NCBI GenBank assembly: GCA_035620735.1 | Contig: DASPGH010000125.1 | Location: 30,135 to 94,134, forward strand | DNA: 64,000 nt | Source of the DNA: Acidimicrobiia bacterium | Lineage (GTDB): Bacteria > Actinomycetota > Acidimicrobiia > Spongiisociales > ZC4RG35 | Direction of reading: 5' to 3' | Shown: positions 34,773-43,315 of the stretch, one piece after another | Layout of the letters: each line of letters begins with the position of its first letter | Numbering within the stretch: position 1 is the stretch's first letter | Position numbers and translations under genes: made by a program | The notes under the pieces: model-generated | Seen by the model: the letters and a program-made list of their open reading frames with translations, nothing else | What the model was told of the DNA's origin: nothing | Database searches by the model: none

Positions 34773-34876
34773 GAGGTGTCCCTTTCTCGATGTGAGTGCT
34801 TTCAACCCATTGACGAGACGGCGCCTCCTTTTGTGACAGGCGCTATCGGTCTCCAGACCGATAGCCTCTATTGCCG

Positions 34877-35722
34877 ATGTCACCAAGGATCGAGTCTGAT
34901 GTCTCCCACGGCGTGTGGGCTGCGCTCGAGGAGCGGCGAGCTCGGACCGGGGAGTCGGCGGATCAGATGATCGACGCGCTCCTCGCCGAAGCCCTCGAGT
35001 TGGAGCGTCATTCCCTGTTCCAGGTGTCTACTTCGAATGCCCTGGTGCAGGGTGTGTTTGGCGGGGTGATCACCGTCGGCGACCTGAGACGTCATGGTGA
35101 TTTCGGTTTGGGGACCTTCAGCGGTCTCGACGGTGAGCTCGTGATGATCGATGGCGACTGCTTCAGGGTGTCGACAGGTGGCACCGTCGAGATCGCCGAC
35201 GATCGTCTTGAGGTGCCCTTCGCCCTCGTGACGAGATTCGATGCGGATCTGGCAGTCACTCTGGAGGAGAGCATGAGTCTGGAAGAGTTGACCGGTCTGA
35301 TCGACTCGAGTCGTCCATCCGAGAACCTGTTCGTTGGTCTTCGCATCGACGGGGGGTTCACAAAGCTCTCGATGAGGGCAGCATGCAAGGCCGTGCCCGG
35401 GGAGAATCTCGTGGAGGCGACGAGCCATCAGAGCGAATTCGAATTCGAGGAGTTGGTCGGCTCTCTCGTCGGCTTTTGGTCTCCGCCATACTCCCGATCG
35501 ATCGGGGTGCCCGGCTATCACTTCCACTTCATCTCCGATGACCGCGAGACCGGCGGTCATGTCCTGGATTTGCAGGCGAGTCGGTGTGTGATCGGGCTCC
35601 ACACGGAGTCAGACCTCCATCTCGCCCTTCCCGGGACTGCCGACTTCCTTGCCGCCGACCTGTCTGGCGATCACGATCGCGAGCTGGAGGCTGTGGAGAC
35701 CGAGCACCGTCGGTCCGGCTGA
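34877..35722 (+). CDS. Alpha-acetolactate decarboxylase with ~45-aa N-terminal extension
   Basis: ORF 34871..35722. The ALDC core ..LFQVSTSNALVQGVFGG..GDFGLGTFSGLDGELVMIDG..GYHFHFISDDRETGGHVLD.. includes the zinc-ligand histidine region. Start is ATG 34877 or TTG 34871. Confidence 0.85.
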   Translation: MSPRIESDVSHGVWAALEERRARTGESADQMIDALLAEALELERHSLFQVSTSNALVQGVFGGVITVGDLRRHGDFGLGTFSGLDGELVMIDGDCFRVSTGGTVEIADDRLEVPFALVTRFDADLAVTLEESMSLEELTGLIDSSRPSENLFVGLRIDGGFTKLSMRAACKAVPGENLVEATSHQSEFEFEELVGSLVGFWSPPYSRSIGVPGYHFHFISDDRETGGHVLDLQASRCVIGLHTESDLHLALPGTADFLAADLSGDHDRELEAVETEHRRSG

Positions 35723-35755
35723 GGTGCGTTGGCTGAGCGCTGGGCGCTGGACGGC

Positions 35756-35982
35756 GTCCGCCAAACCCAGGGTTTCAGACTTCGCTGAGCGAAGTCTCCC
35801 ACCCCGAGAATGGGGGGCCGCAGGACATCGGCGGGGCCCATCGCCGCGCTACCCGCGAACCCAGGGTTTCAGACTTCGCTGAGCGAAGTCCAGCGCCCCG
35901 AGAAAGAGAACTGGGGCGGTGTCCGCCGAACCCAGGGTTGCACACTTCTGTGAGCGAAGTCGCCGGCCCCGAGAAAGAGGGG
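35756..35982. repeat. Three tandem REP-like units, each carrying hairpin GACTTCGC-TGA-GCGAAGTC
   Basis: Units at 35756-35817, 35852-35916 and 35921-35982 share (G)AACCCAGGGTT[T/G]CA[G/C]ACTTC[G/T][C/G]TGAGCGAAGTC...CCCCGAGAA.G..GGGG. They fill the convergent spacer between the ALDC gene and the SLT-domain gene. Confidence 0.85.
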
Positions 35983-36028
35983 TCAGCGAAAGACGGGCAG
36001 CGGTCGGCCGGTGGTGGGGTACACGCAC

Positions 36029-36499
36029 TCACGAAAGACAATCGGCGTCGATTCTCCCTTCTGACGGAGGACACACATCGGCAGTCAACGCCTCTACGGG
36101 CGCCACCCTGGGGATGTGGTCACATCGCCGGTAGGCGGACCAGGCCTGCCAGCCCGATTCGTCCCAGATCGCCCGGGCAACCCGGGTGTTCACCTCGGGC
36201 TCGAGCAGCTGTTGGTAGGAGACCCCGTAATGGTCGCTCCAGAGGGAGGACAGAACCTGAAAGAGGCCCGTGGCCGAAGACCTTGGATTGTCTGCGGACG
36301 GGTTACCCCCCGACTCGTTTCGGATCACACATAGGGCGACCTCGATCTCCTCGGGCGGGAAGTGCTCTTCGACCAGCGGCCGCCATCGTTCGACGGGGTC
36401 GGCCAACTGCTCGAAGGCCATCGCCTCGAGCTCTGCGGCCAGGTCGACTGGCTCGGCCGCGCCGAACCAAAGCAGTAAGAAGGAGAGGAGGAGACTCAC
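36029..36499 (-). CDS. Secreted lytic transglycosylase (SLT) domain protein
   Basis: 156 aa. GTG start 6 nt behind AAAGGAGG, hydrophobic N-terminus, catalytic region ..VIRNESGGNPSADNPRSSATGLFQV... Confidence 0.7.
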   Translation of the reverse strand: MSLLLSFLLLWFGAAEPVDLAAELEAMAFEQLADPVERWRPLVEEHFPPEEIEVALCVIRNESGGNPSADNPRSSATGLFQVLSSLWSDHYGVSYQQLLEPEVNTRVARAIWDESGWQAWSAYRRCDHIPRVAPVEALTADVCPPSEGRIDADCLS

Positions 36500-36687
36500 G
36501 AGCTGCCTCCTTTACCCGTGTGGGCCGAGCGGATACACGTGAAAAGACAGAGACGTTGTTGCATGCAGTTGAAGGGGGTAGAGGAGGGTGAGGAGCGTCG
36601 TCCTCGAAAACGTCGAGTGTTCGCGACCAGCTAACCCTATGACTGATTCTGCAACAACCGGTAGTCGGCTTGTGGTGCGGTGGATCG

Positions 36688-39600
36688 TCAGGTGAGCAGA
36701 TGAGCCGCCGCGATCAGGTCGGGCTCGTCGTGACCCGGGTCGAACGACGAGTAGAGGTCTGCCAGGTCCCGGCTCATGTCCGGGTCTTCCCCGACGGCCC
36801 GGTTGAGACGCACCATTCGGGTCAATGCCTGAAGCTGAACCATCTTCAGCCCGAGGTCTCTAGAAGCCGCGATCGTCTTGCCATACAACACCCTGGCTGT
36901 CCTGTGATCGGGCTGTGGGAGCCCGAGCACCAGATCTGCCTTCTGCATCGCCAGCCAGGGAAGCGTGTCGCCTGCGGCCATGCTCATCCCCATGGCATCT
37001 TCGACCAACCGGAGACCCGTTCCGATGTCGCCTGCTCGAGCGTGCACAGTCGCCCGCAAGCTGAGCAGGAAAGGCCAAAAGACCGGTGGCGGGGTCAGTC
37101 CCTGGTAGAGGTCGATGCCGGCTTCCGTCCTGGCGAGACCGGTTTCGACGTCCCCCAACCCACTCGAGGCCGCTCCTTCGAGGACGGTTGACAGCGTCTG
37201 CCAGATGGCATAGTCGTGTTCGGTTGCGATCTCACGAAGTTCGAGGGCAAGTTCGATCGCCTCGTCATACCGGCTGCGCAAGAGCGACAGAAACCCGTTG
37301 TGATACAGGGCATACGTGACACTGAACGGGTGCTCGATCGCCCGAGCGAAGTCGAGTGCCTCTGAAGCTCGGGAGACGCCTTTGTCCACGTCACCGCACA
37401 ACCACAGCGTGATCCCCGAGGCGACCCGCGCCGCCACTCCGGTGTTTGGCCCGAGCCGGAAACGGCTCGAGCCATGTCTGGCGGGGTCGTAGGCATCGAT
37501 CGCAGCGTCGAAGTGATCGAGGCTCACCGACACATCGCCAAAGCTGACCGCAGCTCCGATGACGTGGTGACCCTCGATACGCATGATCTCGTCGTCTGCC
37601 TCCTCGCCTAGAGCAAGGATTTGCTCACCCATTGCCGCTGCTTTTGGAAGGTCGGCACTCAACATGTAATAGCTGGCGAGCGCCCGCATCACAGGGAACT
37701 GTTGAGCCGCTGAGCCGTTCTCGCGGGACAACTCGAGTGCCGCGTTGAAAGCCTCTTCGACCTCGATGTCGTAGCCGCGAACCGCCATCAGGGCGCGGGC
37801 CAGGCTCGACCTGAGCGCCAACTCTTCGCCGGCGAGCTCAGGTGTGGTGTCGGCGGTGGCGAGGGCGTCGAGCATCTCTCTGGCCAGTTCGATGGCCGAG
37901 TGGTACCACCCCCGGGACTCGTGAAGCGCCCACAAGACATCGAGGAGTTGAAAGAGGCGGTCGAGGTCGGCTCGCTGGGTCCAGTACCCCCACGCCGTCC
38001 GGAGGTTCCCGATGTCGGACTCGAGGTCTGCAAATGCGATGTCGCGGTCGGGTGATCGAAGCCTCTCCCGCAACGAGGCGGCGACGCCGGCGAAATGAGA
38101 GGCGTGAGCCTGCCTGACCGACCGCTCGCGGTCGGGCGATTCCGCGAGCTTCGTCTCGGCGAACTCCCTGATCATCAGGAGCATCGAGTAACGAGTGGTA
38201 GTCCCGCTGGTATCGGTGCGAACCAGGCTCTTGTCTACGAGGCCAGCCATCAGGTCGATCGTCGATCCCAGGCCCAATGCTGACGAAGCGACTTCTTCGA
38301 GCGCCTCCAGGCTCGCACCCGAGAACACAGAGAGGAGTTCGAACATCCGGCATTCCCCCTCATCGAGTAACTCGTAGCTCCAGGCGATGGCTCCCCAAAG
38401 GGTTCGCTGTCGGTCCGGGAGGTCGCGCCCGCCGGCGCTGAGGACGTCGAGCCGATCCCTGAGACGTTGCAGCAACTCCGCCGGAGTGAGCACGTTGAGG
38501 CGAGCCGCCGCCAACTCGATGGCGAGCGGGAGTCCGTCCAGCCTGAGACATATCTCGGCGACGACAGGGCCCGACTCGGCGTCGAGATCGAAGTCGGGCC
38601 GCGCCGATCTGGCCCGGTCGACGAAGAGTTGGACCGCCTCCGAGTCCTGTAGTTGGGCTAGGTCGTGCCGCGGGTCGGGCATCGACAGAGGCGGGACTGG
38701 GAAAACACGCTCTGCGCGAATCCGCAGGGTTTCCCGGCTGGTCACGATGATCTCGAGCTCCGGGCAGGCCTGAATCAGCTCTCCGACATCGGCTGCGGCA
38801 GCCATCAGTTGCTCGAAGTTGTCCAGCACCAGCAACATCTGACGATCGCGAAGCCTCGTCTTCAAGACATCGAGTGGATCACTGTCGGAAGCGACGGGTA
38901 GGTCGAGGGCGCGGACGATCGCTTCGAAGGCGGTACGAGGGTCCCTCTCGTTCGACAGGTCGACGAAGTAAACGCCGTCGCGGTACCTGTTGACCTGCTC
39001 GGCTGCAACCTGCAGCGCGAGTCTGGTCTTGCCCGCTCCTCCAGGGCCGAAGAGAGTCAGGAGACGGCTCGCGGCCGACTCCAACATCACCTGGATCGCT
39101 GCCATCTCGTTGACCCGGCCCAAGAACTCTGTGGCTTGCTGGGGAAGGTTGTTGGGTCTGGCGTCGAGGGTGAGGAGATCGGCGAACTCCCTGGCGATAT
39201 CGGGATGATCGAGCTGGAACAGTTGCTCGGAGTCGGTTAGGTCCTTCAGACGGTGTTTGCCCAGGTCCCGCAACGAAGCGTGCTCCGGTAGACGTCCGTC
39301 GAGCGCCGACGCCGTGGCCCCAGACACCAGAACCTGGCCACCGTGTCCTGCGGCCATGATCCTCGCCGCCCGGTTGAGGGTTGGGCCGAAGAAGTCGTCG
39401 GCGCGCGACTGTGCTTCACCGGTGTGAACGCCCATTCGAACTCGGATCGGCCCCGTGGCATCCCACGAGGAACTACCGATGGCACGCTGTGCGCTTATGG
39501 AGGCGACCAATGCGTCGGCCGGCCTCTCGAAAACGGCGAGGACTCCGTCGCCCGTGGTCTTGAGGATTCGACCGCCACCGCGGGCGATGGCATTGCTCAA

Positions 39601-39702
39601 GATCGAGTCATGAACCTCGAGCGCCTTCGCCATGGCTTCGGGATGCTCCTCCCACAAACGCGTGCTCGATTCGATGTCTGTGAAGAGGAATGTGTGAGCC
39701 AC
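36688..39702 (-). CDS. Class III adenylate/guanylate cyclase - STAND (NB-ARC-like) ATPase - TPR multidomain protein
   Basis: 1004 aa. Cyclase motifs FLFTDIESST, LKTTGDGVLAVF and GPTLNRAARI. P-loop GPGGAGKTRLA and Walker B LLVLDNFEQL. Long C-terminal TPR-like helical repeats. No LuxR HTH. Confidence 0.85.
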   Translation of the reverse strand: MAHTFLFTDIESSTRLWEEHPEAMAKALEVHDSILSNAIARGGGRILKTTGDGVLAVFERPADALVASISAQRAIGSSSWDATGPIRVRMGVHTGEAQSRADDFFGPTLNRAARIMAAGHGGQVLVSGATASALDGRLPEHASLRDLGKHRLKDLTDSEQLFQLDHPDIAREFADLLTLDARPNNLPQQATEFLGRVNEMAAIQVMLESAASRLLTLFGPGGAGKTRLALQVAAEQVNRYRDGVYFVDLSNERDPRTAFEAIVRALDLPVASDSDPLDVLKTRLRDRQMLLVLDNFEQLMAAAADVGELIQACPELEIIVTSRETLRIRAERVFPVPPLSMPDPRHDLAQLQDSEAVQLFVDRARSARPDFDLDAESGPVVAEICLRLDGLPLAIELAAARLNVLTPAELLQRLRDRLDVLSAGGRDLPDRQRTLWGAIAWSYELLDEGECRMFELLSVFSGASLEALEEVASSALGLGSTIDLMAGLVDKSLVRTDTSGTTTRYSMLLMIREFAETKLAESPDRERSVRQAHASHFAGVAASLRERLRSPDRDIAFADLESDIGNLRTAWGYWTQRADLDRLFQLLDVLWALHESRGWYHSAIELAREMLDALATADTTPELAGEELALRSSLARALMAVRGYDIEVEEAFNAALELSRENGSAAQQFPVMRALASYYMLSADLPKAAAMGEQILALGEEADDEIMRIEGHHVIGAAVSFGDVSVSLDHFDAAIDAYDPARHGSSRFRLGPNTGVAARVASGITLWLCGDVDKGVSRASEALDFARAIEHPFSVTYALYHNGFLSLLRSRYDEAIELALELREIATEHDYAIWQTLSTVLEGAASSGLGDVETGLARTEAGIDLYQGLTPPPVFWPFLLSLRATVHARAGDIGTGLRLVEDAMGMSMAAGDTLPWLAMQKADLVLGLPQPDHRTARVLYGKTIAASRDLGLKMVQLQALTRMVRLNRAVGEDPDMSRDLADLYSSFDPGHDEPDLIAAAHLLT

Positions 39703-39766
39703 GGGCGGAAATATAGGAGTCTGTCCCGGCTCTGCCCGTAGGGCGCCTTGGTGGTTCAGTCGGCGC

Positions 39767-40372
39767 TCAGGGCACCCACTGCTCCCTCATAGCGAATATG
39801 GAGCCGTCCACGATCTCGACCCACACCCCGAGGGTGAATTCGCCGCGCTGGTCGAATTCGTCCTTCCACTCGGCATAGCCGATGGTCGTCTCCGAGTTGG
39901 GGTCTCCGATCTCGGGGTACCACACGACCATGACGTCCTCGCCCACGGCGACAGTACGAACCATCGGGTTGAGGTTTCGGACGTAGTAGTCATTGGGGGG
40001 AGGTGACTCCTCACCGTCTTCTGCCGCCGCCCTGACCGCGGCATCGCCTGTGAACCAGCAGGCCAGATCGAACTCGACTTCAGCTTCAGAGGCTGAGATC
40101 ACCTGTCCGTACCACTCTCCGTCGGGAAGATCTCCCTCACCCGGGGTGCATCCCGACCCCTCCGCTTCGTCGTTCACTGAGCTCGTGGTCGATGTCGGCT
40201 CTGCGGGGACCGTGGTGTCAGGCGCAGCAGTCGTGGGTGCTCCGGCTTCTGTGGTGCTCGGGGCCAGGGTGCTGCTTGTGGGCACCGTCGTTTCGGCCGT
40301 CTCTCCAGTGCAGGCAGCCAGGAGGAATATCGTGGCGATGAGCGAGGCGACACGGATGGGTATTCGTTTCAT
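39767..40372 (-). CDS. Lipoprotein, function unknown
   Basis: ORF 39767..40468. Start moved to ATG 40372 (GAGGAA upstream). MKRIPIRVASLIATIFLLAAC lipobox, Thr/Ser/Pro linker, about 130-aa globular domain. Confidence 0.65.
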   Translation of the reverse strand: MKRIPIRVASLIATIFLLAACTGETAETTVPTSSTLAPSTTEAGAPTTAAPDTTVPAEPTSTTSSVNDEAEGSGCTPGEGDLPDGEWYGQVISASEAEVEFDLACWFTGDAAVRAAAEDGEESPPPNDYYVRNLNPMVRTVAVGEDVMVVWYPEIGDPNSETTIGYAEWKDEFDQRGEFTLGVWVEIVDGSIFAMREQWVP

Positions 40373-40499
40373 TTCGTTCCTCTGATTGTTTGCTCGACCA
40401 ACCGGACCGTGTGAGTTGAACGCGCGAGTGTTGATGGTGATATACCCGATATTGGTGATTCCTCTCACCGGTAGTGGTGATTGACACCAAGCGAGCCTC

Positions 40500-41819
40500 G
40501 TGCCGGGCGTGACAACCCCAATCCCAGACTACGTTTCGCCTGCTTTGACAGACTCATACCGCCAAACCATCAGGGAGCTCTCTGATCGGCTCGTTGCCGC
40601 CCAGCGCCCGATCCGGGTCTTGACTGCCATCAACTGGGACGACGACATCAAACGCCAGTTCTTCGAAGCAGGTTTCAAAGAGCAACCCCGCGTCGACGAG
40701 ACCTACTACAAGCGAAAGGAGCTCAAGCTCGACCCGACCGCAACGCGCGAGGAGCTCCGGCACATCGAGGCCGAGGTCAACTCGAAACTCGGTCCGACCT
40801 CGTCGGCTGGAGCGCTCATGCGTTTCATGGCTCAGCAGTTCTCCCTGACTGTGGACATGATCGAAGCGAGAGGCAGCGATCGCTTCTGTGAGATGTCACG
40901 TCTTCTCTACGGGACTCCCTCAGACGTCTTCCACGCCGGGGGCCCGACCGTCGCCGATCTGGCTCTGACGATGCGCAAGACGTTGGAAGCCAATGCCATG
41001 GCGATCATGAATGCTCCCGATGACCGGAACATCCCCGGCACCGTGGCCGTCGAGCGACTGAAGGCACAGCTCGCTGAATCGGTGGGACCGGACAGGATCG
41101 AGGTCAGGGCGGACGACGCCATCGCCGCCGACGCCGCCGCAGGGTCCGACTACATCAAGATGAGGGAGGACCGCCGCTTCTCACAGCGTGATATCGATCT
41201 CCTCGAGGCTCACGAGGGATGGGTTCACGTCTCGACCACGATGAACGGTCTGGCCCAACCGGTCTGCACCTTTCTCGGCAAGGCTGCACCGCGGACCACC
41301 GTGACCCAGGAGGGTCTGGCTGTGCTCACCGAAATGCTCAATCTTCGTAGCCATCCCCTTCGTCTCGCCAAGCTGATGCGTCGCATCGACGCCATCGCCA
41401 TGGCGACGGAGGGAGCCACCTTTCTCGAGGTGTTCAACAGCCTCCGTGAGGAAGGGCTCTCCGACGATGATGCCTGGACAACCACGAGCCGGGTGTTCCG
41501 GGGTAGCGTCCCCGAGGGACCGCCGTTCACCAAGGACCTGGGTTATGGCAAGGGTCTCATACTCACTCTGGTCTACGTGAGGATGGCCATCAGATTCGGT
41601 AAAACCGATCGGATACCTCTGCTGTTCTGCGGGAAAGTCGACCTGCTCGACATGGCCGCTCTCCATGATCTCTATGAGGAGGGGCTGGTGGAGCCGGCCG
41701 AGTTCGTGCCGCCCCCGTTCAACGACCTTCCCGCCCTCGCCACCACCCTTGCCATGGGCAGGTTCACCTCACAACTGGACATCGAGCGGCTCTCCCAGGA
41801 TTTCGCCCATTTGTTCTGA
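40500..41819 (+). CDS. DUF1704 / QEGLA-motif protein (putative carboxypeptidase-like)
   Basis: 439 aa. ..HEGWVHVST.. and the diagnostic ..VTQEGLAVLTE.. motif are present. GTG start. Confidence 0.7.
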   Translation: MPGVTTPIPDYVSPALTDSYRQTIRELSDRLVAAQRPIRVLTAINWDDDIKRQFFEAGFKEQPRVDETYYKRKELKLDPTATREELRHIEAEVNSKLGPTSSAGALMRFMAQQFSLTVDMIEARGSDRFCEMSRLLYGTPSDVFHAGGPTVADLALTMRKTLEANAMAIMNAPDDRNIPGTVAVERLKAQLAESVGPDRIEVRADDAIAADAAAGSDYIKMREDRRFSQRDIDLLEAHEGWVHVSTTMNGLAQPVCTFLGKAAPRTTVTQEGLAVLTEMLNLRSHPLRLAKLMRRIDAIAMATEGATFLEVFNSLREEGLSDDDAWTTTSRVFRGSVPEGPPFTKDLGYGKGLILTLVYVRMAIRFGKTDRIPLLFCGKVDLLDMAALHDLYEEGLVEPAEFVPPPFNDLPALATTLAMGRFTSQLDIERLSQDFAHLF

Positions 41820-41848
41820 GCGGGCACTCGGCGACGCAGTGGGTGACA

Positions 41849-42592
41849 TCAAGGGGTCAACCCGAACCACTCTGCGAGAAGGGTCTCCCACTCCGAGTCC
41901 TGCACGGGCGTGTCGGACCATGTGCCACCCCTACGGAAACGGATCCGGCCTTCGAGAAGGGTGACACGGTCGGGGCCTCCGTCGATGAGGCGGGTGGCGA
42001 AGCGCGTCTTGGTCCATTGCAGCCCGGGTTCGGTTTGGAGCATCAGTGACGCATCCTCGAAGTCGGCCGGCAGCCGCGGGGTTGGGTCGAACCGGTACTG
42101 CGGTTCCGCTGCTCCGTCCTCACCCAGAGCCAGGAGTGTCGTCGTCTCCCCGTCGAAGACGAAGCCGAACATGCCGCTTCCCCCGTCGTGGGGTCCCTCG
42201 GAGTCCAGAGGCAGAGGTCGGATGAACGAATCACCGAAGCCGACATCGACCAGATAGGCGCGATCCAACTCGACACGCAGCGTCAGATGGGAGGGAATGG
42301 TTGCCTCGGAGAACAGGACTGTTGCCGCGTAACGGGTGACGTCATAGCCGAGAGCGGTCAACAGTGCGGCAAATGACCCGTTCAACTCGAAGCACCAGCC
42401 ACCCCGGCGTCTGTCCACCACCTTGGTGACCGACCAAAGGTCGTCGGTCCTCACACCGCGGCGGGCGAAGACGTCGAGGTTCTCGAACGGCACGACGCTG
42501 AGATGCGCTCGTTGCAGTCGTTCCAGGTTGGTCAGATCGGGCTCGATCGGCGGATCGATGCCGAGCAAGGCGAGATAGGCATCGACGTCCAT
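41849..42592 (-). CDS. nat: Arylamine N-acetyltransferase
   Basis: 247 aa. ..VPFENLDV.. and the catalytic-Cys motif ..RRGGWCFELNG.. are present. Confidence 0.85.
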   Translation of the reverse strand: MDVDAYLALLGIDPPIEPDLTNLERLQRAHLSVVPFENLDVFARRGVRTDDLWSVTKVVDRRRGGWCFELNGSFAALLTALGYDVTRYAATVLFSEATIPSHLTLRVELDRAYLVDVGFGDSFIRPLPLDSEGPHDGGSGMFGFVFDGETTTLLALGEDGAAEPQYRFDPTPRLPADFEDASLMLQTEPGLQWTKTRFATRLIDGGPDRVTLLEGRIRFRRGGTWSDTPVQDSEWETLLAEWFGLTP

Positions 42593-42604
42593 GAGCCGAT
42601 TGTC

Positions 42605-43315
42605 TCATGAGCGCGTAGTCGGGTCATCTGACATGCCGCGGGCCAACTCGCTGGCGAGGAACATGGACGAGTTGACCGTGGCGTGGACCAACCAAGGTGC
42701 CAGTAGACCACCGGTGCGACGACGCAACCACGAGAGGCCCAGCCCGGCGACGCCAGCTGCCACCGAGCCCCCGATGACCACCGCCACCCGACGGTGAAAC
42801 GGCCAATCCTGTGAGACGCCGCCTTGGACGCGAGATGTCGGGATGAGATGCCACACGGCAAACGCCCCTGCAGATAGGAGGTCGGTCCGCCATCTGCCTC
42901 CCCCGATCGTGGCGGGGAGAACTCCCCGGAAGGCAACTTCTTCGAAAAGGGCGGTCCCGATCGGGAAACGGATCAATATGCGATTCAGGATGTTTTCATC
43001 GCCGCCAATTCGTGTTCGACCCTCGGAGAGGAGTACCCGAAGTCGCGGGTGAGCGATGCCGGCCACGGCACCCGCAGCCGCTGCGGCGGCGATCATGCCA
43101 CCGGCTCTCAAACTACTGTGAGCATGGCGCACACTCAGCCCCATCTCCTCCCACGTCGCCCCGGACTGGCGTCCGATGACCACCAGAGTGGCGGAGATTG
43201 CGAGATTCCCGCCGACGTAGCCCTTCTCGTTGAGAAGCGTGTTCTGTATCAGATTGTGGGCGCCGAGGATTCCCAGCACGACACGGGCATGGCCGTCTTG
43301 GGACGATGGGGTCAT
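42605..43315 (-). CDS. CPBP-family (CAAX/Abi) intramembrane glutamic protease
   Basis: 236 aa polytopic. Motifs FEEVAFRG, AFAVWH and LVHATVN are present. Its ATG overlaps the stop of the upstream cyclase-STAND gene (ATGA at 43312-43315). Confidence 0.8.
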   Translation of the reverse strand: MTPSSQDGHARVVLGILGAHNLIQNTLLNEKGYVGGNLAISATLVVIGRQSGATWEEMGLSVRHAHSSLRAGGMIAAAAAAGAVAGIAHPRLRVLLSEGRTRIGGDENILNRILIRFPIGTALFEEVAFRGVLPATIGGGRWRTDLLSAGAFAVWHLIPTSRVQGGVSQDWPFHRRVAVVIGGSVAAGVAGLGLSWLRRRTGGLLAPWLVHATVNSSMFLASELARGMSDDPTTRS

